A DNA stretch of 64,000 nt from Octopus bimaculoides (lineage: Eukaryota): assembly GCF_001194135.2 (NCBI RefSeq), contig NC_068983.1, forward strand, positions 72,980,811 through 73,044,810, in the 5' to 3' direction. A program made the position numbers and the translations under genes. Positions 23,177 through 36,552 of this stretch are shown piece after piece (position 1 is the first letter of the stretch; the number at the start of each line of letters is the position of its first letter). The notes beneath the pieces were generated by a model. That model was given only the letters and a program-made list of their open reading frames with translations. It did no database searches and was not told the origin of the DNA.

Positions 23177-24869
23177 TTAATGATGTAGGATTGTTTTGGC
23201 ATCTGAGCAAATGAACAACATGGTACACCAGTTGATTGATCTATAAGGTAAAAAAAAAGAGATGCAAACTACTAGTTATTTCCATGGAAACAGCTACTAC
23301 TGCTATTGTGGAGTAGGTGCACCACTGACTGGTGCCAATTGCTCTGGAAGTATATTCAGCTGTTGAGAAAAGAATGTGAATTTACCATTCACATCACTAG
23401 TACACCACAAATATACTAATATCAGATATTTGCTACAATTTGTTTTTTGTTTGTTTTTCTGAAGAATAACGTATGTCCTCAGAAAGAAGTTTCTATTGCC
23501 TCATAATATTAATTCACAAGCACTTCCCAATCATGTGATTTTGAGTTCAGTCCCACAGTGCAGCACCTTCAACAAGTGTCTTCTACAATAGCTCTGAGCT
23601 GCCCAATGAGTGGATATGATAGATGGAGACTGAAATAAGCCTGTTGCGTGTGTGTGTGCGCGTGTGTGCATATCAGTATGTTTGTTTACATTTGCACTTT
23701 TCCGAAAACCAATGAACGACAAGTAGAAATGTTGTGGTCATTTTCTCCTGTCAACATATACCTGCTGATTTCATACCTTTAAAGACATGCAGAATAAGTA
23801 GTCCCTGACTTGAAAGACAGGTAAGAGACAGCAACAAGAAGAGCATCAGGTTGTAAAAACAATGTCTTGATAATATATTTCTCTAGCCCATGTTGGCATT
23901 GAAAAATAGACATAAAACAAAGCTTATTCCTATTTTTTTAGAGTAACTGGAGATGTGTTTGGTCCAGTAGATGTGTAGTGTTAAGTTAGAGTAAAGACTG
24001 AAAACGAGTTGAGAAAGCAAAATTGTGAAAGCATTTATTTTATAAATAGAACTGACTACTTTGTGAAAGGATGATGAATTGTGATGGCGGAAAAGCACGT
24101 TCTTATTGATTAGCACTAGGACAGTTAAAGCAAACTAGAGATCAAAAAATATCTGATTCATGACCATCCTATCATTGTGTACTCCAAGACTACATTATTC
24201 AATGTACTTCCTTTTTTTTTTAAATGACAGGATGTGATATAAAGATTTAGTTTTATTTCTCATAGGTGAAGGTCCACAAAGTTCCTTTTTGTGACAAAAT
24301 TATAACCAGATGAGGTTTGAGAAGAAATAAGTAAATATCATCTGCGAACACTAGGTCCTACCAATGAAATGAAACAGAATCTAGGAGATATAGCTACTAC
24401 ATTATAGACCCATGTCAGCAGAGAAAAAAAAAATGTTCTTCTTCTTCTTGTGGTATTGATTATATTTCTTACAATACTGCTCTACCCACCCTTCTGGTTT
24501 TTAGAAAATGCAAAATATTGATAATTTTTTTGCTTTTGTTTATATTTTTCTTTTAATTCCTAGCTACATAGTTTCATTTTCAGTCCCACTGCAATGCACC
24601 TTTGGCAAATTTTACTATAGCCCTGGGGGTGACCAAAACCTTGTGAGTGGATTTGATACACAGAAACTAAAAGAAATTTATAGTATATATACATGTGCGT
24701 GTATTTGTGTACATCTTTTTCTTAGTATCACATGATGACTATAAGCAGGCATCACTAACATACAAGTGATATTCATTTCCAGTCTTCTTAGGAAAACATG
24801 TCTGACTATAGAAAGTGAAATATTACCTTGCCTGAAAGCAGGTGGGGTTAATGACAGCAAGAGATCTGA

Positions 24870-25030
24870 TTCATCATCATCATCATCATCATCGTTTAAC
24901 GTCCGCTTTCCATGCTAGCATGGGTTGGACGATTGGACTGAGGACTGGTGAACCAGATGGCTACACCAGGCTCCAATCTGATTTGGCAGAGTTTCTACAG
25001 CTGGATGCCCTTCCTAATGCCAGGATGCCC
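24870..25030 (-). mobile_element. RTE 3'-UTR-derived repeat (family D) with (GAT)n tail
   Basis: catcat..CGTTTAACGTCCGCTTTCCATGCTAGCATGGGTTGGAC; same sequence as other family D copies. Confidence 0.85.
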
Positions 25031-25489
25031 TGAAAATTTATCTGAACAAAGTCCATCTGACCCATGCAATCATGGAAAAGTGGGCATTAAATGATGACAA
25101 TGATGATATCTAGATATTCAGAGCAATTCAACACATGCATCATTCCTAAAACTGCATCTCAAAAGCTTAACTCCTTCTTCGGTTGCTGAGCTACAAAACA
25201 TAATAATTTCTCTCCACATCAGAGTATTATTCATGTATCTGAAAAGGTGGTGATACTACACATACAAACAGCCTAAACTGAAAACAAAAAGTCAACCATC
25301 TAAATGGCAAATACTCAGTAGCAAATTACAACAAACTAACACACTAATCATTATGTCTTCTCTATTTCTTCTATTAATACTACACTGGTTCCCGCTTCTA
25401 TGAACTATCAAGCTATGAACCACCCTCATCAAACTGTACACAATACACCTAATTGTCCTCATCTCACTTTCTTAAAGCATACACTAGAC

Positions 25490-25843
25490 CAGTGATTCTC
25501 AACCATTTTTTACCTACGGACCCCTTTGATTACTATTTTATTCTGGTGGACCCTCACAGCCATTCAATGTTTAAAAACTAGTTTTATTTTCTTTCAAAAT
25601 TCCTATTTTGTTATTCATTCATTAACTTGCATAGGTTGAACTATGTAAAATGTTAGAGAAAGAAACCTAGCTGTTTCTTGCAATAGATACATTTAAATCA
25701 AAACTTTACATGGACATTCAAAATACTATTATGGATCCCCCAATCTACTATTTTGCTTGTGCAAACCCCATAAAATCTTATACGGACCCCTAGGGGTCAT
25801 ACGGACCCCTACGGGTCATATGGACCCTGGCTGAGAACCACTG
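25490..25843. mobile_element. hAT (Charlie-type) non-autonomous element
   Basis: TIRs CAGTGATTCTCAACC / GGCTGAGAACCACTG, 8-bp TSD CACTAGAC / CACTAAAC and subterminal GGACCC repeats. Confidence 0.85.
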
Positions 25844-26201
25844 CACTAAACACTTTAATGAATAATTCCTTTTCCTTTTCTGTAATTCTTCAGAACTCCA
25901 CTCTGATGTCTATATTATTCCTTCAGACAAAAGTTCAAGTTGAACATCAATTGCATTGCCATCACTAGTCTGAGGTAACATGAAATTGGTCACAGATGCA
26001 ACACCACCTACTCATTTAAAGACTAAATTTAAAATATAAGTGAAAGAATCAGATATAAAAATAATTTCTTTAATACAATCATACATACATACATATATAT
26101 ATAAATATATATATATATATAGTTTTAGAGAAAAGAAACAAGGTTCATGAACACATCGATGAAAATCCACAGTCACATATCATTTTATCCCTAATGTTAT
26201 T

Positions 26202-26257
<56 letters not shown>

Positions 26258-26704
26258 AGGATAATATAGCACAGGGATGAAGGATAACAGGCTTTAATAG
26301 GAGATCCAACATTTGTTTCTGCACTGGACACCAACCTTAAGTTGCTGAGTTTATATTCAAAGACTATTATAGAAGAACATTCTTTATAATAATTATACAG
26401 TTGAATGCTGCTCATGAGGGGCAGTACAGAAACAAATGTAGTAATCTACTATTAAAGACTGTTATCCTCCATCCTCATGTTATATTATCCTTGTATTAAT
26501 CTTATGCAAAGTAGAGTTCCACATGTGTATGTAGCCTTGAAATACACCACACAGTAGGATATCATGTGGTAGCCAAATAACAGCATAAGAGATCCTATAT
26601 GCACGTCACGAAATTTTCGCCCAAGTTCTGCTATATATATATATGTGTGTGTGTGTACAGACAATTTCCTGATAGAAAACACAAGATTGAAATTCAATAT
26701 GCAA

Positions 26705-27066
26705 TCATTTAGTTTCTTTACGTTTAGATAGTTTCTTTTTTTTGTCTTCAAGATACACTTTAATTTCAGAGGGATCATGCTGCAGATATGGTCGCAAAGG
26801 ATAATTTGGTTCCTTTGGTTGATTAATAAAGAACTTAATCAGTTGCTTTAAAACATTGTCATTGAAATTCTGGATCTGACCATCTTTGATCTCATAAAGA
26901 TTTTCTTCTTCAGTGTGCCAACAGATGTTCTTCAGGTTGTTACCATCATCATCCTTCCACATCTCCAGTGTGTTAAGTTGGTAAGCAAAAAATGAGAACT
27001 TCTGTCCATCAGTGATCACTGTCTGGGTGGTAAGTGGATAAGTTAGCTCTACAAATGAGCTAAAAC
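26705..27066 (-). CDS. MRPS30: Mitoribosomal protein mL65 (MRPS30/PDCD9), exon 4 (last)
   Basis: TQTVITDGQKFSFFAYQLNTL...KNICW...LYE...FNDNVLKQLIKFFINQPKE matches human [21 protein letters not shown]...KNICW...FNDDVLLQIVHFLLNRPKE. CAG acceptor, phase 1, TGA stop. Confidence 0.95.
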
Positions 27067-27361
27067 CTGTAAGAAACAGGAAAAAATATAGTGTTAGAAC
27101 ATTCACAATGCACTTAAGATTATTTTATTTTGATTTCTGTCACTAGATTACAGCCATTCAGGGGCACTGATGACTTCAAAGGTTTTTAGTCAATTATATC
27201 GATCCTACTACATTGTCAGGTGTAGAACTTATTTTATCAATCTTATAATGTACAAAGAGTAAAGAAGTTAGCCTATGTTTAAACATAACCAAATATTACA
27301 AAGTATTGTTTAATGCGTCTAATCTGCCTGTTTTCAATCTTTCTCTCTGTGTGGTGTATAT

Positions 27362-27880
27362 ATCATCATCATTGTTTAACGTCCGCTTTCCATGCTAGCA
27401 TGGGTTGGACAATTTGACTGAGGACTGGTGAAACCAGATGGCTACACCAGGCTCCAATCTGATTTGGCAGTGTTTCTACAGCTGGATGCCCTTCCTAACG
27501 CCAACCACTCAGAGAGTGTAGTGGGTGCTTTTACGTGCCACCGGCATGAAGGCCAGTCAGGCGGTACTGGCAACGGCCACGCTCAAAATGGTGTATTTTA
27601 TGTGCCACCCGCACAAGAGCCAGTCCAGGGGCACTAGCAACGATCTCGCTCGAAAGTCCTTACACATGCCATGGGCACAAGTGCCAGAAAGGCGACGCTG
27701 GGCACAGGTGCCATCACAATTTCGCTTTCGCTTGCCCCAATAAGTCTTCGCAAGCTGAGTTTCGTGTCCAATGAGGGAGACAACGTTGGCATGGGTGCCA
27801 GTCGTCAAATTTAACTCAATTTCGATTTCACTTGCCTCAACAGGTCTTCGCAAGTGAAGTTTAGTGTCCAATTTAACTCG
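27362..27880 (-). mobile_element. Family D / RTE 3'-UTR repeat in MRPS30 intron 3
   Basis: (GAT)n tail plus the conserved family D body with internal GTGCCA subrepeats. Confidence 0.85.
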
Positions 27881-27886
27881 ATTTCG

Positions 27887-27949
<63 letters not shown>

Positions 27950-28699
27950 GCACACACACAGAGTCAAATTTGCTTCATATGCAATTACAAGATAATTGAA
28001 TTATTCAATTAATTCATAACTCTTCAAAAAATCAAACTATTTAACATCAAACCCATGTAAACTTGACTGGTAACATGAATATGCAAATAAAATTAATTTT
28101 AGTTAACTGCATCATTTTTCCTGGTTTCTAGTAAAATAAAAAGAAGAAATGTGGCATAAAAGTAGAAGCTTATTTGACTGGCAACAAATAAAGGAATTAT
28201 GGAAACTTCCATTATCATAATTAGTTAAAATTACAGTATTCGGTCAGCAATTAATCTTTAGAAACAATAAATTTTAAAGAGTCAAATGTATTTGAAGTGA
28301 ATTGAAGTCGATTGAATTTCTGGTTCATGTATTTTTATCTTACTTTTAGTAGAGTAATAAAATTCTTTAATAAATTTTCATTTATTTTGCTATTTTCATT
28401 ATTGCATACCTATGATGTTTGGTCTGCTCACTTGAGGTTGACTAGGGTCTAAACAAATTCTTTTCCTTTTTAATTGACATTAAACAATATCTCTCACATA
28501 TTTTATTCTAAAGTAAAATGTTACTTAATACTGTGGTAAACATGCCACTGGATATATCCTGAAGTATTGTAGGAGATATTTAAACAAAAGCTAAAGGTGC
28601 TGACTTAAACAAATTTCTATTAAAACTGGATGTGACATATTAGCAGATCTCTGTTAAAGTCAGATGGATATATAAAATAACTACATAATTTATCAAAGT

Positions 28700-29540
28700 C
28701 AGAAAAAGTATATATAATCAATTTTATTCAAGGCAAGCATGAAATATAAACATCATATTCCAATTCATAAGAAGTATGAATTTTCGAGGAGGTTTTTTCC
28801 AACCCATTTCAATGAATAAATTGAGAGTATGTCTACTCTTTGCATTAATTGTACATTTTTTAACACCCACTTCAAATGTTAGTATACAGTAGGTAGTGGG
28901 TAATGTATCATATTACCAATTAAAGGATTATGAGTTCACACCATACAAGTTTTGTGTTAAACTGAGGAAAAATGCAACAGAAACTTAGGAAATTCTCAAG
29001 ACTACTTTTGGATTAACTTGTATGAGCCGAGCATCAGTTTTCTGCTGCCACAAAAGGTCAGGCAGAGCAAGTCCACCAAGAAGCTCATAATGATACCCTT
29101 TTTTGACAGCAAAAGCATCATCTACATCTACTGGGTTCCTTCTGGCAAGATGGTCAACGAGTACTTTGTGGAGGTTTTAAGGGAGTTCGAGAAAAAAAAT
29201 TTTGTCACAAAAGGCCAGAGTACCTGCACCAGTCCACAATTCCATCCTGATAACTAACTCCTTGACAGAGATGAGTATTGAAACTGTCCTTCACCTTCTG
29301 TGATTTTTGGTTTCCCCCAAGCTGAAGGAAAAGATAAAAGAGTCTATGACAGGGGTCCTGAACACCTTTACTTTGGAGGACTTCCACGGAGCCTTCATGA
29401 AGTGGCTGGAGTGCTACAACAAGTGCATTGAAGTCAGTGGATCCTACTTTGAAGGAGATTAGACTTTTATGCTTCTCTGAAATTAATAATTGTCTCTTTT
29501 GAAAAAGTCTCAAAACTTCTGGAATGCACCTTGTATAACA
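28700..29540 (+). mobile_element. Degraded mariner-like element in MRPS30 intron 3
   Basis: KFCVKLRKNATET*EILKTTFG N-terminus, KVRQSKSTKKLIMIPFFDSKSIIYIYWVPSGKMVNEYFVEVL core and FMKWLECYNKCIEVSGSYFEGD C-terminus. Right TIR-like sequence near 29500-29540. Confidence 0.85.
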
Positions 29541-29837
29541 GTTGTAGCAGCAACGCAGAACAGAGTTGCCAAAAAGGTACTTTGGTAACTGCAAGCTGTG
29601 ACTCAAATTCCATCTATGATATATTGGCATGGTTAAATGAGAATAAAATGATTGAATTTCCCTAGTTCATCACCATGAATCTTAGCATTTTAAAGTATTT
29701 TTTATAGCCATGTTGGAAGAAGTGCACTGCATATGATCATTTAGAAAACTAGGTGTGAAATCATTAAATAAAATTAAGGAAGGAAACTGTATCTTTGTTT
29801 TCTTTTAGTTAAAAAAAGGTGATGAAACAAAATTTAC

Positions 29838-30005
29838 CTTGGAAATATGCTTGGGCTACTGTCCAAGCAAAGGATGTCATTAGACCAAGACCTTTCTGGA
29901 ACTCATAAGTGATCTCAGGACCAAACTGTTTTATTTTTCTTTGCATCTGAGATGAACAATGAAATGATACCAGGCCAAATTCACATGGATCACCATAAAA
30001 GAATC
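29838..30005 (-). CDS. MRPS30: mL65/MRPS30 exon 3
   Basis: GFFYGDPCEFGLVSFH...LMTSFAWTVAQAYFQG matches human DPCCYGHTQFH...IASLFAWTGAQAMYQG. Phase 1 to 1, canonical AG/GT. Confidence 0.93.
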
Positions 30006-30119
30006 CTGTTTCAAAGAAAGAATACAACAAAGTTTACTAATTCACCGATACAGTTTGAATACTTAAAAGTCCCAAAACAGCAAAGTTTATTTTTGGCAAA
30101 TGTACATGTATAATAATCA

Positions 30120-31005
30120 CTAAAAATGTGCAGACAATAGACTCCCTCAAATGCTCAGGGGGATCATTAGAAGTAGTAGATAGCTTTTGTTACCTAGGCG
30201 ACCAAGTTAGCAATGGAAGAGGAAGTTCTGAAAGTGTAGTTGCTAGAATAACAGGCTGGGCAAAGTTCAGAGAGCTTCTACCTTTGTTGGCAACAAAGGG
30301 CTCTCTCTTAGAATGAAAGGCAAACTGTATGATGCCTGTGTACATACAGCTATGCTACATGGCAGTGAAACATGGGCTGTGACTACAGAGGACTTGCAAA
30401 GGCTTGAAAGAAATGAAGCTAGCATGCTCCACTGGATGGGTAATGTCAGTGTGCCCACACAACAGAGTGTAAATGATTTAAGAGGAAAACTGGGTATAAG
30501 AGGTATCAGATGTTGTCTGCAAGAGAGAAGACTGCACTGGTATGGTCATGTGATGCTTGTGGATGAGGACAGTTGCATAAAGAAGTGTCAAGCTGTAATT
30601 GTTGAGGGGAACCTGTAAAGGGGGAGACCCAAGAAGACGTGGGACAAAGAGTGAGAAAGGATCTTTGGATACTGGGTCTCACTGAGATAATGAAAAGGGA
30701 CCAAGAGTTATGGGAATTTGCTGTACTTGAGAAGACACATCAAGCTTAGTAAAATTGTTGTCATTCATACATACAAGCTTGTCCTTTACAGGTACCAGTG
30801 CCACATAAAATGTGCTGGTGCTGCATAAATGCACCCATACCAGTGGCATGTAAAGAGCACCTAGCACACTCTGTGAAGTGGCTGGCATTAGGAAGGGCAT
30901 CCAGCCACAAAAACCATGCCACAACAGACAATTGGAGTTTGGCCAACTCCTGTCAAACCATCCAACCCATGTCAATATGGAAAATGGGCGTATGATGATG
31001 ATGAT
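30120..31005 (+). mobile_element. 5'-truncated RTE LINE (ORF C-terminus, 3' UTR and (GAT)n tail)
   Basis: LEVVDSFCYLGD...WAKFRELLPLL...KGKLYDACVHTAMLHGSETWA...RRLHWYGHV...GRPKKTW, running into a family-D-type 3' UTR. Confidence 0.9.
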
Positions 31006-32754
31006 GTATAATCTTACTGTAAAATTAAACCAGCCCTGAACTGTTGAAAAGCAAGTATATACTACCACAATCAAAGATTTATTTTGTTATAAGATTATAT
31101 ATGTTCAAACACATAAATACACTTTGATATATTAAAAACTATGTTAACATTTCTTTAATTTTATGCATGACTATATATCATTAAATATCATATAAAAGTA
31201 AAGCATTTATTAGAAATGTATTTTTTTTACTGGCTGAGTCTGGAGAAAGAGGTAACACCCATAACCTTTGCAGGCCCTCCTAGACTGGTGAGCTTGATGC
31301 CATTAAAGTTCAATTTACACTGTTACAGGTCAACACTTAGGGTTGGACTCAATAAGGCTGACAAAAGGTGGAGAGAGAGCGAATCAGATGTGCTTAGGTG
31401 GAGGAGGTCCTATAAAGCTAAAAATATATTTGCAATTCCATCTGACCGAAACAACCATAAGTTCAAATCATATGACCATAAACTGTGCGTTATCCATATC
31501 AGGGCACATAACTCAGTGCTAAAATGCTTAATTGACAACAAAATAATTTCTGCTCCTACTTTGCAATTAAGTAGTGTTTAAAGGTAGGAAGAGTAATAAG
31601 CTGTAAAACTAATTTTCCAACAAACAAACCTTCTCATCCATGCAAGCATGAAAACATTGATGTGAAACGAAAATACATTTAATTTTTGATCGTTTTCCTA
31701 CAGATGGCATCTCAGTTATTTAATTTTTTAAATATGCTAAATAACTGAAGCAAACTTTTAACATATTTATTGCTGGACATGATTTACTACGTTGGCTGTT
31801 TAGAAAAAAGAGAGATGCTGATAATATAATCATCAACTGGGAGGAGAGAACTGTGTTGTCTTGTAGAAGGCAAACTGTGGTAAATAGAGAGAGAGTGTCC
31901 AAAGTTGTTTCTTGCTCGAGATGGTCAGTCTGAGTGCCCAATGTGGTCTGGCCTTAGTGGTTTGCCTTCCTTGAGTATGCAGGTGATCTATGCAAACGCC
32001 TAAGGCTATCTGGTCTTGGCAGTCTGTCAAAGCCATCTGGTCTTAGCAGTGTGCCAAGGTTGTGTGACTGAGTTAGGCACCAAACGGTTTTTAAAGGGTG
32101 AAAAGGGAGTGATTTAAGATCATTCCCTCCCCTCCAACTCCTTTTTCACAATCACAAAAGGTGATGTCACTGTTTGTAACTCAAATGGTTAACTCCCTAT
32201 CTGTAGCAACAGCTCAGTATAGCTTTGAATACATTTCAAACACACATACACTTATGAATTTTTTAAAAATCTGTCTACCAAATTCCCTCACAAGGCATTG
32301 GTTGGCTTGGAGGTATAGTAAAAGACACCTGCCTAAGGAATCACGCAGTGGGACTGAACCCAAAACCATATAATTGATAACCACACAGTGAGACATTAGC
32401 AGTGAATGCCAAAGATTTGCAAAGGGTGGAGAGAAATCAGGCAAACTAAACAAAAGAAGTATCAGCCAATATATGTAGGCAAGACAACTGTGCAAGTATG
32501 AACATCTAAGAGAATAATGAAATGAAGAAAAGTATTATTTACTGCTGGTAAAGGATCTCTGTGAAAGATGATGTGAGAAGAAATGGTGTGATTAGATCTC
32601 AGGATGTTGGATGTCCTAGATAAAATTAGGAAAGACCATATCATATCATGTATTGCAGACAAGTTCAAACCAGGCTAGCAAGAGATATAAATATACATTA
32701 AGACAGTCATGTCCCTGTCACTGACGATGATGATGATGACAACAACAACACAGT

Positions 32755-33085
32755 AACAATCATCATCATTTAATGTCAGTTGTCCATGCTGACATGGGTT
32801 GAATGGTGTGACCAGACCTGGCAAGTTGGGCGGCTGCACCAGTCTCCAGTCTGATTTGGCAAGGTTTCTACAACTGGATGCCCTTCCTAACACCAACCAC
32901 TTAACAGAGTGTGCTGGATGCTTTTATGTGGCACCGCATAGGCACTTTTATGTGGAACTGCACAGGTGCTTTTATATGGCACCAAACAGGTATTTTATGT
33001 GGTACATGGGTGTTTTTACACAATGTCGCACGGGCGCTTTTACACGATGCCGCACAGGCACTTTTACATGTTGTCGCATGTAACA
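32755..33085 (-). mobile_element. Family D / RTE 3'-UTR repeat with ~24-bp internal subrepeats
   Basis: CTGGATGCCCTTCCTAACACCAACCAC body and repeated GGCACTTTTA..TG units. Confidence 0.75.
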
Positions 33086-33144
33086 ACGTTGACAATTATA
33101 ACTATGATGATGGTGATTGTACAAATCTAAATTTGATACATTAC

Positions 33145-33256
33145 CTGGTATACAAGTATTCTTCACCTTTTCATTTTGTTGAGATAAATCACTTGGCCAG
33201 TAGCAGAACTGTGAATATTCACTCTCAGTACACAAAGGGCTGTCCCGGGGAACAAA
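33145..33256 (-). CDS. MRPS30: mL65/MRPS30 exon 2 (FVPRDSPLC...NTCIPG)
   Basis: TAG acceptor and G|GTAA donor. 112 nt, phase 0 to 1, which exactly bridges exons 1 and 3. FVPRD aligns with human FVPLD. Confidence 0.85.
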
Positions 33257-33503
33257 CTACAAAGCGAAAATCAATTTAAACAAACCATCAGAGAATTACA
33301 TTAATTCAGAACAAGGAATATTATGTTAAAATACACATTAGTTATAAGAGTATCAATCACTGAGTGGACAACTAAGTGAGAGGTAAGTGGTTCAAATCCT
33401 GACAATAGCATTGCATATCATTGTGTTTCTGAGTAAAACACTTTATTCTACATTACCTCATTGAACCTAAGCTATTGATAATAAATATCAGATCATCTAG
33501 GAA

Positions 33504-33604
33504 TGTTATGATGCAGTGATATACAAGGCAGAATTTATGCTATGATGCAGTGATATACAAGGCAGAATTTGTTATGATACAGTGAGATACAAGGCAGAAT
33601 TTAT
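33504..33604. repeat. Three-copy ~33-bp minisatellite
   Basis: TATGATGCAGTGATATACAAGGCAGAATT x3. Confidence 0.9.
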
Positions 33605-34925
33605 CTAATTCATGCCATGAAACAAGAGTCAAGTAATGACTCTTAAAACTCTTCAGAGTTTGTTTTGAAGAATGTACATTAACATTTTTATGAAGGAAGG
33701 GATGTTGGGTATATTGTTAAATCTTTGAAATTTTTGCTTTTATTTTCTGTAGTGTATGTAATAAGATACTCCTCCCTTCTGTGAAATACAATGGTGTAAA
33801 AGAAAATAGTATTTAGTATTTATTTCAGTGTAACTAGAGTTTACAGCACCCACCCATTGTGTTTCCTCATAACATTTCTTTTTTTTTTAATGCAGAAAGA
33901 CTATACTTGTTAAACCATTTAATTATTTGTTCATGATCATTGCACAACATGATGGTGTGACATAAGAGAAAGAAGGTGCTTTGCAGGATATCATACAGAA
34001 TACTTTCATTAATGCTATTACAATATATTTCTAATTTGAATTGTAGTGGTAAACTTAGAAATGCTTTCATAATGCCCTCCAATTTCATGTTGATAATAAG
34101 CAATATCAATCAAGACAATGCAATAGATTCTTTTTATGTTATGCAATGATCATAAGCTAGTTATTGAACTACATAACCATAATCTGCAAAATTTCATTAA
34201 AAATATGCATTATTTAACAAAGTTATGAGGAACACTAAACTATTGTTATTGTCTTTATTTCTAAAAACAGAAAGTCTGTAGTCACTGTTTAGTCCCAATT
34301 TTGATCAAGCAGACCTCTGATGAAAAGTGTTTCAACCTTAACCATCCCTTAGAACAATGTTTCAGGGTTTGATCTGAGGAGCAGTCATCTGCTGTTTCTA
34401 GCAGGTAAAACACCTGCATAGAGATTTCAGGAGTATTAATGACATGACTAAAATGGTTATTTCTAGAAACTGAAACAGGACCGTATGTTCAGCTGTCCAG
34501 TAGCATTAATCTTACTCTGTCTGACATTTAAATTTGAACATCATTGTGCTTTGCTTGTCAGTGAACAATATTTCAATGCAAAACAAAGTTATGAGATAAC
34601 AAATAAACCACCATCTGATTGCTTGACATGCTGGAAATAGAAGACAAATTCCTTTAAATGACACACTACCATCTGCTTTCGTTTCCATTAGTTTTGAAAA
34701 TTATAAAATATTTAGTAAAATAACTTTATCATTAGTAATCTGATGTCTGGAACATAAATTAACATGAAATTTACGGAGCAGGTTTTAAGTCATATCACTT
34801 TAAATTTGTATCATAGGATAAGGGTTAAAAAAAGAGTTTTAAAACATTAAATAATATAGTCCTAGATATACAAAAAGAAGGTCACATCTGGAACACCTTT
34901 AATCACAGGTTTACTCAATGAGTGT

Positions 34926-35305
34926 GGAGGCGCAATGGCCCAGTGGTTAGGGCAGCGAACTCGCGGTCATAGGATCGCGGTTTCGATTCCCAGACCGGGC
35001 GTTGTAAGTGTTTATTGAGCGAAAACACCTAAAGCTCCACGAGGCTCCGGCAGGGGATGGTGGCGAACCCTGCTGTACTCTTCCACCACAACTTTCTCTC
35101 GCTCTTACTTCCTGTTTCTGTTGTACCTGCAATTCAAAGGGCCAGCCTTGTCACACTGTGTCACGCTGAATATCCCCGATAACTACGTTAAGGGTACACG
35201 TGTCTGTGGAGTGCTCAGCCACCTGCACGTTAATTTCACGAGCAGGCTGTTCCGTTGATCGGATCAACTGGAACCCTCGTCGTCGTAAGCGACGGAGTGC
35301 CAACA
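34926..35305 (+). mobile_element. Full-length young tRNA-derived SINE (family B)
   Basis: A-box TGGCCCAGTGGTTAGG, B-box GGTTTCGATTCCC and (CAA)n end. 12-bp TSD ACTCAATGAGTG (34913-34924 / 35306-35317). Confidence 0.95.
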
Positions 35306-36552
35306 ACTCAATGAGTGACTGAAAAAAAAATCTGCCCATCTTCTGGCCCAACGAAGTGTCGAAGAAGGAGCTGAGCCGCAAAACTGGTTACAATAATGTG
35401 GTCTTTGAAATATTGAGATCAACAGCAAAGATGGCTTGGCTATGCATTCAATATTAACCGAGGGGAAGATACCAAAGGTAGGATTAAAATGAACACAAGC
35501 TGGAAAGTGAAAGCTTGGTCGGTTGAAGAATACCTGACTTAGAACAGGTGAACGTGAACTGATATCAAAGTATTTTATATGGGACAATGCAGGCAACTAT
35601 TAAAGACAGGTCTGAATGACGCTTAATTGTAGAAGCATTGCTTCTCAACAGTGAAGGTAATAATATACAGCAAAATAACATTTACACGCATAAGCATTTT
35701 TCTCAGACAATGTTTATAGTGTTTTTTTTTGGTTTTTTTGTTTGTTTTTTATATGTAAGATATATACATGTGGGCCATGAGTTAATATAAGAAAACAAAA
35801 AAAAAATTAGTGGGCTACTGCAAAAAGTTGGTGATCCATGACGGGGTCACCGTAACATTATTTTAAGTTTCCGAGCAAAACAACGTATTGTAGCCCCTAT
35901 ATATACAACCATTACAGATTAGCATTTGGCATCCAGACCCATGAAGTCCCCGGGTAACTTCTGAGTATACCCTGCTTTATGATGGCACTGGCCTCTAAGT
36001 CTGTAAAATATGAACACAACGTCCCATATCACATCGTTCTGCAGACAGTAGAAAATGCCAGATTCAGAATTATTTCTTTGTATCCTTCTCTTGTAGTTTG
36101 TGATTAAATTTTAAAGGGGTGGAGGAATGACAAATATAAGTACCGGTAGTATAATGAGGCCTTTCGGTCAGCAAACATGATTGCATGTCTGATCAAGCAC
36201 CGCTAAGCAAACATACGATTAAAAGCATTCCAGCCGTGACATTCAGTTCTACTATTCAGATATAGTAGTGTATCTAGGACTATTTTATCGTGTGTCCTTC
36301 CTTTTTAAAGATGGTAGGGTGTAATTCGAAGTGAAATATGGCTGTTATTTCTTGCATTCTTACTGATATGCGTATAAAGGCGAGGGAAAATGGGGTGCAG
36401 AATATTTTTTAAAGTAAGTTATTTAAATGTAGTTATGTCTACACAGAGGTCATCGAAAGAAAGAGAAGGATAGCATGTAAAACAAGAATACACAAACAGT
36501 ATATGTGTTTGCGTGTAGGAAATAAAAGTATATATGTATTCTTTATACATAC

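Noticed and set aside
27480-27880. Short interspaced direct repeats superficially like a CRISPR array (also 32920-33070, 38150-38340, 61083-61300)
   Set aside because: Degenerate internal subrepeats of the RTE 3' UTR in a eukaryotic genome, with no constant repeat/spacer length and no cas genes.
31800-32170. Possible LTR/PBS remnant (TTTGGTGCC on the minus strand)
   Set aside because: No second LTR, TSD or gag/pol motif is visible.
34926-35000. tRNA-like sequence with A and B boxes
   Set aside because: It is the head of a TSD-flanked SINE, not a tRNA gene.
35350-35600. Possible LINE RT N-terminal remnant (KTGYNNVVFEILR...SILTEGKIPK)
   Set aside because: Too short and frameshifted to assign with confidence.
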